From the NCBI GenBank assembly GCA_017936045.1, contig JAGBGJ010000042.1, forward strand, positions 1 to 41,893: DNA of 41,893 bases. The letters run 5' to 3'. Positions 35,798-41,893 of the stretch are shown one piece after another. The notes beneath the pieces are model-generated. The model was not told the DNA's origin, searched no databases, and saw only the letters and a list, made by a program, of their open reading frames with translations. A program made the translations under genes and the position numbers. Source of the stretch: Clostridia bacterium (GTDB taxonomy: Bacteria > Bacillota > Clostridia > Oscillospirales > Acutalibacteraceae). Each line of letters begins with the position of its first letter. Within the stretch, counting starts at the first letter, position 1.

Positions 35798-36991
35798 ATG
35801 AGCCGTATGGTCGGCACAATTTCCAGGGGTGTAAGAGCACCCATCATCAGAAACGGAGATAATATTGTAGATATTGTTACCGATTCTATTTTAGAGGCCG
35901 CAAAGTGTGATGGCTTCGAAATTCACGACCGTGATATAGTTGCAATGACCGAGGCAATAGTTGCCCGTGCTCAGGGTAACTACGCTACAACTGCCGATAT
36001 CGCAGCCGATGTTAAGGCAAAATTCGGCGGAGATACCGTTGGTGTTATTTTCCCAATACTCAGCCGTAACCGTTTTGCTATTTGTCTTCGCGGTATAGCT
36101 TCGGGCGCTAAAAAGGTTGTTTTAATGCTTTCCTATCCTTCCGATGAAGTTGGAAACCATCTTATTTCGCTCGATGCAATGGATGAAAACGGCGTAGACC
36201 CTTACAAGGATGTTTTAGACCTTGAAACCTACCGTAAGCTTTTCGGTTATGAAAAGCACACCTTTACCGGTGTTGATTATGTAGAATATTACGAAACCCT
36301 CATACGCGAAAGCGGCGCAGAGGCTGAAATAATCTTCGCTAACGACCCCAGAGCAATTCTTAACTATACAAAGAATGTTCTTTACTGCGATATCCACACA
36401 AGAAAGCGCACCCGTCGCCTCCTTGCAGCTGCAGGCGCCGAAAAGCTCTTCGGTTTAGATGAAATCTTAAGCCAGCCCATAAACGGAAGCGGCTTTAACG
36501 AAAACTATGGTCTCCTTGGTTCTAACAAGGCTACCGAAGACCAGATTAAGCTCTTCCCCAGAGATTGCCAGCCTGTGGTTGATGCAATTCAGGCTAAAAT
36601 CAAGGCCGCCACAGGCAAAACTGTTGAGGTTATGGTTTATGGCGATGGCGCATTTAAGGACCCTGTTGGTAAAATTTGGGAACTTGCCGACCCGGTTGTT
36701 TCCCCTGCATATACAGCAGGCCTTGAGGGTACCCCCAACGAACTTAAGCTTAAATACCTTGCCGATAACGAATTTGCAAGCCTTTCGGGCGATGCACTCA
36801 AAGAGGCTATCAAACAAAAGATTACCGAAAAGGATAGCGACCTTGTAGGCCAAATGGCTTCGGAGGGTACAACTCCCAGAAGACTTACCGACCTTATCGG
36901 TTCTCTTTGCGACTTAACCTCCGGTTCGGGCGATAAGGGAACACCTATCGTATTTATTCAGGGCTATTTCGATAACTACACAACAGAATAA
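35798..36991 (+). CDS. Protein of the F420-0:gamma-glutamyl ligase (CofE/FbiB-N) family; physiological substrate unknown
   Basis: The CofE-like blocks RDIVAMTEAIVARAQG, NENYGLLGSNKA (compare NAGID.SN) and the C-terminal LIGSLCDLTSGSGDKGTPIVFIQG are recalled from memory, not from a search. Confidence 0.55.
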   Translation: MSRMVGTISRGVRAPIIRNGDNIVDIVTDSILEAAKCDGFEIHDRDIVAMTEAIVARAQGNYATTADIAADVKAKFGGDTVGVIFPILSRNRFAICLRGIASGAKKVVLMLSYPSDEVGNHLISLDAMDENGVDPYKDVLDLETYRKLFGYEKHTFTGVDYVEYYETLIRESGAEAEIIFANDPRAILNYTKNVLYCDIHTRKRTRRLLAAAGAEKLFGLDEILSQPINGSGFNENYGLLGSNKATEDQIKLFPRDCQPVVDAIQAKIKAATGKTVEVMVYGDGAFKDPVGKIWELADPVVSPAYTAGLEGTPNELKLKYLADNEFASLSGDALKEAIKQKITEKDSDLVGQMASEGTTPRRLTDLIGSLCDLTSGSGDKGTPIVFIQGYFDNYTTE

Positions 36992-37000
36992 AACCAATAT

Positions 37001-37029
37001 GGCAGGACCAAAGTCCTGTCATATTTTTT
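37001..37029 (+). terminator. Intrinsic terminator-like hairpin after the CofE-like gene
   Basis: GGCAGGAC caaa GTCCTGTC (one G-U pair) is followed by ATATTTTTT. Confidence 0.65.
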
Positions 37030-37085
37030 ACATAGCCTCCCAAGCCTTTAGGGAGGGGGACCGCTTTAGCGGTGGAGGGATATCA

Positions 37086-37541
37086 ATGAAGAAAATTGCA
37101 AGTTTTACTGTAGACCACAATAAAATAGACAAAGGAATGTACATATCCCGAATAGATGGCGATGTTATTACCTATGATGTCCGTATGAAGAAGCCGAATG
37201 GGGGAGACTACCTGCCCTATGCCGCCGCCCATACTATAGAGCATCTGTTTGCAACCTTTGCAAGAAATACCACCTTTGCCAACAGTATTATATATGTAGG
37301 CCCAATGGGTTGCCGAACAGGCTTTTACTTTTTAACAAGGGATAGCGTTTCATATAGCCAGGCCATTTCCATAGTTCTTGATTCTATGAACTTTATAAAG
37401 GAATTCAAGGGCGAAATCCCGGGCACCACGGCAATAGAATGTGGCAATTATTTGGAGCACGACCTTGAGGACGCCAAAAAAATTGCTACCGATATGGCAA
37501 ATGTACTTGCAAATTGGAGCGAAGAAAAACTTTACTATTAA
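37086..37541 (+). CDS. luxS: S-ribosylhomocysteine lyase
   Basis: GGAGGG lies 7 nt before ATG 37086. The sequence MKKIASFTVDHNKI and the metal motif HTIEHLFA (HxxEH) are present. The length is 151 aa. Confidence 0.93.
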   Translation: MKKIASFTVDHNKIDKGMYISRIDGDVITYDVRMKKPNGGDYLPYAAAHTIEHLFATFARNTTFANSIIYVGPMGCRTGFYFLTRDSVSYSQAISIVLDSMNFIKEFKGEIPGTTAIECGNYLEHDLEDAKKIATDMANVLANWSEEKLYY

Positions 37542-37580
37542 AACAAAACCACCGTTCAAAAGAACGGTGGTTACTTTTTT
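37542..37580. terminator. Bidirectional intrinsic terminator between luxS and the CDF gene
   Basis: The hairpin AACCACCGTTC aaaa GAACGGTGGTT is followed by ACTTTTTT and preceded by an A-rich run. Confidence 0.85.
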
Positions 37581-38472
37581 AATGGTGATGATGATGGTGG
37601 TGATGACCATGGCTTTCGGGTTCACTATGGCAGTGTTCATTGCGGCAGTGCTCGCCTTCGGCTTCAAGCTCAAGTGTTGCGTGCCCAATTCCGTGTTCTT
37701 TCAGTTCTTCGCGCACTGCATCTTTAACTTTGTGGTGGTCGGCATTTGTAACAATGTGCATAGTGGCAAAATTATTGTGGCCATCCATACTCCAAATGTG
37801 AATGTGGTGAACATTCAGCACACCATCAATTTTGCTTATGTGTTCTTTAATTTCGCCAACATCAACATTTTCGGGTGCTTTTTCAAGGAATAAATCAACA
37901 GCATCCTTAAGGTTCCTAATAGCATTAATAAATATGAAAAGTGCCACGCCTATAGACATAATCGGGTCAATAATCCTAATATCTGTAAAGCGCATAACCA
38001 CAGCACCAATAAGTACAACAATCCAACCAAGCACATCCTCAAGCATATGGAGATTTACCGCCTTTTGGTTAAGGGAATCTCCCTCGCGGGTAAAGAATGC
38101 AGCTGCAAGGTTAACAACCACACCCACAATAGCGAAAATAATCATTCCGTTATAGTTAATTTCGGTAGGATTAATTATTCTGATTATCGCATTATAAATA
38201 ACAGCGGCAGAACCTACAAGAAGAATTAAGGTTGTAATAACGCTGCCAATAACCGAATACCTTGTGTATCCGTAGGTGTAAATTTCATCGGGCTGTTTTT
38301 TGCTCTTTCGCTCTAAAAAATAGGAAGCACCAATGCTGGCCGCATCGCCAACATCGTGCACCGCATCCGAAATAATGGCAACGCTGCCCGTAATTATTCC
38401 GCCGAAAAATTCAAAAACAGAAAACGATAAATTAAGTAGAAATGCAATAAAAATGTTGCGTTCGGTCTTCAT
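37579..38472 (-). CDS. Cation diffusion facilitator (CzcD/ZitB-like metal exporter) with His-rich C-terminal tail
   Basis: AAGGAG lies 6 nt before ATG 38472. The TM2 and TM5 motifs are SDAVHDVGD and HMLEDVLGW. The C-terminus is EHCRNEHCHSEPESHGHHHHHHHH. Confidence 0.9.
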   Translation of the reverse strand: MKTERNIFIAFLLNLSFSVFEFFGGIITGSVAIISDAVHDVGDAASIGASYFLERKSKKQPDEIYTYGYTRYSVIGSVITTLILLVGSAAVIYNAIIRIINPTEINYNGMIIFAIVGVVVNLAAAFFTREGDSLNQKAVNLHMLEDVLGWIVVLIGAVVMRFTDIRIIDPIMSIGVALFIFINAIRNLKDAVDLFLEKAPENVDVGEIKEHISKIDGVLNVHHIHIWSMDGHNNFATMHIVTNADHHKVKDAVREELKEHGIGHATLELEAEGEHCRNEHCHSEPESHGHHHHHHHH

Positions 38473-38484
38473 AGTGAACTCCTT

Positions 38485-38524
38485 CAAAATAATAAACCCA
38501 AGACAGTTTATGTTGTCTTGGGTT
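38485..38524 (-). terminator. Intrinsic terminator after the malic enzyme gene
   Basis: The minus strand reads AACCCAAGACA, an 8-nt loop, TGTCTTGGGTT, then TATTATTTTG. Confidence 0.75.
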
Positions 38525-38541
38525 ATATTATAATCTAAAAA

Positions 38542-39714
38542 TTAAATTCTTGCAACGCCTGTTTCCTTAGCGGTTTTAATAACAGCCTCGGCAACAACCT
38601 GAGCAACTCTCTTGTCAAGTGCGGGTGCAATAATATTTTCTTCGCTGATTTCATCATCGGGGATAAGGGATGCCAGAGCATAAGAGGTAGCAACCTTCAT
38701 TTCCTCGTTAATACAGGAAGCTCTGCAGTCAAGCGCACCGCGGAAGATACCGGGGAATGCAAGCACATTGTTAATCTGGTTGGGGAAGTCTGAGCGGCCT
38801 GTACCAACAACTCTTGCACCTGCTGCCTTAGCAATGTCAGGCATAATTTCGGGTGTGGGGTTGGCCATGGGGAACATAATGCAGTCGGCAGCCATACTTT
38901 TTACCATTTCAGGTGTAACAAGGTTGGGTGCCGAAACGCCGATAAATACATCAGCGCCGCAAAGTGCATCAGCAAGTGTACCCTTCTTGTGTTCAAGGTT
39001 GGTAACCTTGGATATTTCTTCCTGTGCGGGGTTGTTGTTTTCATCACCCTCGCATATAATACCAAAACGGTCGCAGAAAGTAAGGTTCTTAACGCCCATA
39101 TTCATAAGGTGCTTACCAATGGCAATACCTGCAGAACCTGCGCCGTTAATTACAACCTTAACTTCGCCGATATTCTTCTTAACAAGCTTTAAAGCATTGA
39201 TAAGTGCGGCGGCAACAACAATAGCAGTACCGTGCTGGTCATCGTGGAAAATCGGAATATCGCAGATTTCCTTTAACTTCTGTTCAATTTCAAAGCAGCG
39301 GGGTGCCGAAATGTCCTCAAGGTTAATTCCGCCAAAGGAACCCGACAGAAGATAGATTGTGCGAACAATCTCATCTACATCTTTAGATTTAATGCAAAGA
39401 GGGAAGGCATCAACATCAGCGAATGCTTTAAATAGGGCGCATTTACCTTCCATAACAGGCATACCGGCTTCGGGGCCAATGTCACCAAGGCCAAGAATAG
39501 CAGTGCCATCGGTAATAACTGCAACAAGGTTGCTGCGGCGGGTAAGCTCATAAGACTTGTTAATGTCCTTGTTAATTTCAAGGCAAGGCTCAGCAACACC
39601 GGGGGTGTATGCTAAGGATAAATCCTCTCTGGTATTAATGGGAGCACGGGAGATAACCTCTATCTTACCATTCCACTCATAATGCTTCTTAAGAGATTCA
39701 GCTCTAATATCCAT
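38542..39714 (-). CDS. NAD(P)-dependent malic enzyme (short, ~390-aa type)
   Basis: The blocks [24 protein letters not shown] and [11 protein letters not shown] are present. Confidence 0.92.
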   Translation of the reverse strand: MDIRAESLKKHYEWNGKIEVISRAPINTREDLSLAYTPGVAEPCLEINKDINKSYELTRRSNLVAVITDGTAILGLGDIGPEAGMPVMEGKCALFKAFADVDAFPLCIKSKDVDEIVRTIYLLSGSFGGINLEDISAPRCFEIEQKLKEICDIPIFHDDQHGTAIVVAAALINALKLVKKNIGEVKVVINGAGSAGIAIGKHLMNMGVKNLTFCDRFGIICEGDENNNPAQEEISKVTNLEHKKGTLADALCGADVFIGVSAPNLVTPEMVKSMAADCIMFPMANPTPEIMPDIAKAAGARVVGTGRSDFPNQINNVLAFPGIFRGALDCRASCINEEMKVATSYALASLIPDDEISEENIIAPALDKRVAQVVAEAVIKTAKETGVARI

Positions 39715-39716
39715 TA

Positions 39717-40826
39717 TTAGTCCTCCCAGGGGAATTTGTACTGAGTAAGGCCAAGCTCATCACGGATAGCAATGATTTCCTTCTGTACAGATTCGTTAAT
39801 CGGAACACCTGCTTCACGTGCAAGGCGGATTTCATACTCTTTTTCACCTGCGGTGTAAATGCGCTCAGCACCGGGGGCCTTCTTAGAAGCACGCATACTG
39901 CGGCAAATGTCGCCTGCCTTCTTACGGGCAATGTCTTCGCCCATGAAGTGGTCGGTATCAATAGCTATGAACCAGTGGCCAAGCTGATAGGGGCGGATGT
40001 TGCCGTTTTCATCCTTACCATCAAGGTCCTTACCGTAAGCGCCATCCTGCAGAATAGAGGAGAAGAACTCTACTGCAAGAGCAAAGCCGTAACCCTTGTA
40101 TCCGCCAAGAGCTTCGCCAATACCGCCAAGGGTGGTAAGGGCAGCTGTGCCACCGCGGATTTTACGGAGAGCAACACCTGCATCGCCCTCAACAGCATTA
40201 CCCTCTATGTCAATAATGGTGCCGGGATGTACATCCTCTCCGATTCTCTCATAATACTCTACCTTACCGTTCTGGGTAATAGAGGTAGCGCAGTCAAAGT
40301 TAAAGTCAAAAGCCTCATCGGTAGGAACACCAATGGTAAAGGGATTGGTACCGAACATACCCTCAACACCGTGTGTAGGTGCAACAGAGGGGCGTGCATT
40401 TGTACCTGTCATACCAATGCAGCCGTTAGCTGTAGCCATAGAGGTATAGTAGCCTGCAATACCGTAGTGGCAGGAGTTACGAACAACTACCATACCCATA
40501 CCGTATTCCTTAGCCTTGGCAATAGCCATGCTCATTGCCTTGTGGCCAATAACCTGACCCATACCGTGGTGTCCGTCAATAACAGCGGTGGTAGGGGTTT
40601 CTTTAATGATTTCAATGTTTGTTTTAGCCTGCTGAATACCGGCCTTAATGCGGTCAAGATATACGGGCTTGAAGCGGTTAACACCGTGAGATTCAATACC
40701 TCTCTTGTCCGATTCAAGAAGAACATCTGCGCAAATTTCAGCATCTTCTCTGGGAATTCCGTAACCAACAAAGGAGTCGATTACGAAGCTTGTGATTGTT
40801 TTCCAATCTACAATGTTGTTTTTCAT
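39717..40826 (-). CDS. Ldh_2-family oxidoreductase (malate/L-lactate/ureidoglycolate/sulfolactate dehydrogenase type 2)
   Basis: The blocks LLESDKRGIESHGVNRF and GHKAMSMAIAKAKEYGMGMVVVRNSCHYG are typical of the Ldh_2 family. The stop lies 2 nt before the malic enzyme start. Confidence 0.85.
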   Translation of the reverse strand: MKNNIVDWKTITSFVIDSFVGYGIPREDAEICADVLLESDKRGIESHGVNRFKPVYLDRIKAGIQQAKTNIEIIKETPTTAVIDGHHGMGQVIGHKAMSMAIAKAKEYGMGMVVVRNSCHYGIAGYYTSMATANGCIGMTGTNARPSVAPTHGVEGMFGTNPFTIGVPTDEAFDFNFDCATSITQNGKVEYYERIGEDVHPGTIIDIEGNAVEGDAGVALRKIRGGTAALTTLGGIGEALGGYKGYGFALAVEFFSSILQDGAYGKDLDGKDENGNIRPYQLGHWFIAIDTDHFMGEDIARKKAGDICRSMRASKKAPGAERIYTAGEKEYEIRLAREAGVPINESVQKEIIAIRDELGLTQYKFPWED

Positions 40827-40863
40827 AACTTTTTACCTCTCCTTAAAAAATAATAAGATTTGG

Positions 40864-40895
40864 ATAAACAAAAACAAGAGCATAGGAATATGCCC
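40864..40895 (-). promoter_or_regulatory. Attenuator/terminator-like hairpin in the leader of the Ldh_2-malic enzyme operon
   Basis: The minus strand reads GGGCATA ttcc TATGCTC followed by TTGTTTTTGTTTAT. It lies between the promoter at 40946-40974 and the AAGGAGAGG RBS. Confidence 0.45.
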
Positions 40896-40945
40896 TTCTT
40901 TCCGTCTCTCCAAATCTCTCGACGATGGTTTTCATTTTCCCCTAA

Positions 40946-40974
40946 ATAATACAATATTTTTATATCAAAGTCAA
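40946..40974 (-). promoter_or_regulatory. sigma-A type promoter of the Ldh_2-malic enzyme operon
   Basis: The minus strand reads TTGACT, a 17-nt spacer, then TATTAT. Confidence 0.55.
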
Positions 40975-40980
40975 GGAGTA

Positions 40981-41010
40981 TTGACAAATAATCATATAAA
41001 AAAGTATAAT
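40981..41010 (+). promoter_or_regulatory. sigma-A type promoter of the ECF-S-like gene
   Basis: The sequence is TTGACA, an 18-nt spacer, then TATAAT. Confidence 0.6.
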
Positions 41011-41029
41011 AAACAAAAACGCAAAAGAG

Positions 41030-41539
41030 ATGGAAGAAATGAAAAACACAGCACAAAAAATAGTTATGTCAGCCCTGCTTGCAGCATTAACCTGTGTTGC
41101 CACAATGATTATAAGGTTGCCGTCCCCCCTTGGCGGATACATAAACCTCGGTGATGCAGTAGTTTTAGCATCGGCATTTTTATTGCCAAACGGCTATATG
41201 TTTTTGTCAGCCGGCTTGGGCTCGGCGCTTGCCGACCTGTTTGCAGGCTATATAGCTTATGCCCCTGCAACCTTTGTAATAAAAGGCTTAATGACAATAA
41301 TTGCCTTTGGAATTTATAAGGCAGTGTCCAAAAAAACAAAACCCGATGCGGCAATGGTATTAGGCTCTATAGTAGCAGAACTTTGGATGATTGGTGGCTA
41401 CCTTATTTTCGAAAGCTTCCTTTACGGCTTTGTGCCCTCACTTATAAATGTGCCTGCAAATGCCGTTCAGGGCGTGGCGGGAATAATAATTGGATTGATG
41501 CTCACAAAGTTTTTCAAAAAGACTAAGATATTTTGGTAA
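41030..41539 (+). CDS. ECF-transporter S-component-like integral membrane protein (substrate unknown)
   Basis: Five or six TM segments are present. The block LPSPLGGYINLGDAVVLASAFLLP..GLGSALADLFAGYIAYAPATFVIKGLM is typical of ECF substrate-capture subunits. The start could instead be ATG 41039. Confidence 0.6.
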   Translation: MEEMKNTAQKIVMSALLAALTCVATMIIRLPSPLGGYINLGDAVVLASAFLLPNGYMFLSAGLGSALADLFAGYIAYAPATFVIKGLMTIIAFGIYKAVSKKTKPDAAMVLGSIVAELWMIGGYLIFESFLYGFVPSLINVPANAVQGVAGIIIGLMLTKFFKKTKIFW

Positions 41540-41551
41540 AAGGAGAAAGTT

Positions 41552-41893
41552 ATGCCTTTTGAAAATGTTAAAAAGAAACTCGGCTTTGGCTGTATGCGCC
41601 TTAAAATGGATGGCGACAAGGTCGATTATAATGAGTTCAACAAAATGATAGATGCCTTCATTGGCGCAGGCTTCAATTATTTCGATACAGCCCACGGGTA
41701 TATAGATGGCAAAAGTGAAACCGCCATACGTGACTGTCTTTCGGCAAGATACAACCGTGAAGATTTCGTTTTGGCCGATAAGCTGTCCGATTGGTATTTC
41801 GAAAAGGAAGAAGATATAGTACCGCTTTTTGAAAGCCAGTTAAAGCTCTGCGGAGTGGAGTATTTTGATTTTTATCTTTTCCATTGTTTAACA
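41552..41893 (+). CDS. Aldo/keto reductase family oxidoreductase, N-terminal part (runs off the right window edge)
   Basis: The ORF is open-ended, so it is absent from the track. AAAGGAG lies 7 nt before ATG 41552. The sequence is MPFENVKKKLGFGCMRL...AGFNYFDTAHGYIDGKSETAIRDCL...YFDFYLFH. Confidence 0.8.
   Translation, partial: MPFENVKKKLGFGCMRLKMDGDKVDYNEFNKMIDAFIGAGFNYFDTAHGYIDGKSETAIRDCLSARYNREDFVLADKLSDWYFEKEEDIVPLFESQLKLCGVEYFDFYLFHCLT

Noticed and set aside
39948-40853. A 301-aa plus-strand ORF, and similarly 38768..39355 (195 aa).
   Set aside because: Both lie antisense to the Ldh_2 oxidoreductase and malic enzyme genes, which have unmistakable family motifs. They are shadow ORFs without start signals.
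40792-41154. A 120-aa plus-strand ORF and a 77-aa minus-strand ORF (40823..41056) spanning the divergent promoter region.
   Set aside because: Both run through an AT-rich intergenic region containing two consensus promoters, and they overlap the real ECF-S-like gene start. Their composition is odd and they have no RBS.
1-41893. A search for mobile elements, prophage or defence genes, tRNA/rRNA genes and CRISPR arrays.
   Set aside because: I recognised no transposase, integrase, recombinase, restriction, Cas or toxin-like protein in any frame. I saw no tRNA-like GGTTCGAATCC arms and no long inverted or direct terminal repeats. The only large repeats are the coding modules at 1.7-10.8 kb.

Overview
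This 41.9-kb segment looks like a Firmicutes/Clostridia chromosome. Supporting signs are a Cheo-type LexA box, a SpoVB/MurJ-like flippase, proBA, a type-2 galT, dockerin-like modules and AGGAGG-type ribosome binding sites. I can support about 30 protein genes. I recognised no rRNA, tRNA, CRISPR array, transposase or integrase.

From 12 kb to 41.9 kb the content is ordinary housekeeping and metabolism. It includes lepA, a flippase, a HAD hydrolase, a SulP permease, proBA, secA, an AEC transporter, galT, tyrA, pncB, an asparaginase, a GNAT and a Na/Pi transporter. It also includes a PhoPR-like two-component pair, a CofE-like protein, luxS, a CDF exporter, malic enzyme with an Ldh_2 oxidoreductase, an ECF-S-like protein and an aldo/keto reductase.

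The accessory-looking part is 0.7-11.9 kb. It holds three tandem GH16 paralogs. One is a bare, leaderless domain. The other two are secreted proteins (about 2,320 aa and 1,053 aa). In these, 6 or 2 copies of an unassigned ~305-340-aa beta-helix-like module and an internal dockerin-like segment precede the GH16 domain. In the largest gene a frameshift near 1781-1784 separates the signal peptide from the body of the protein.

The most unusual non-coding signal is at 30.68-30.95 kb on the minus strand. A near-consensus promoter and an intrinsic terminator bracket about 265 nt made of three diverged ~52-nt tandem units. A second near-consensus promoter for the asparagine gene follows immediately, so this is a candidate unclassified RNA.

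Smaller observations:
- Two small ORFs have their Shine-Dalgarno (SD) sequence inside the 3' arm of the upstream gene's terminator.
- The Ldh_2/malic-enzyme operon has an attenuator-like leader.
- There is an anti-SD hairpin set in front of luxS.

All calls come from reading the sequence and from memory of protein families; no searches were run. Hand-counted coordinates of small motifs may be off by 1-2 nt. Near 33.5 kb my count differed by 1 from the ORF track.
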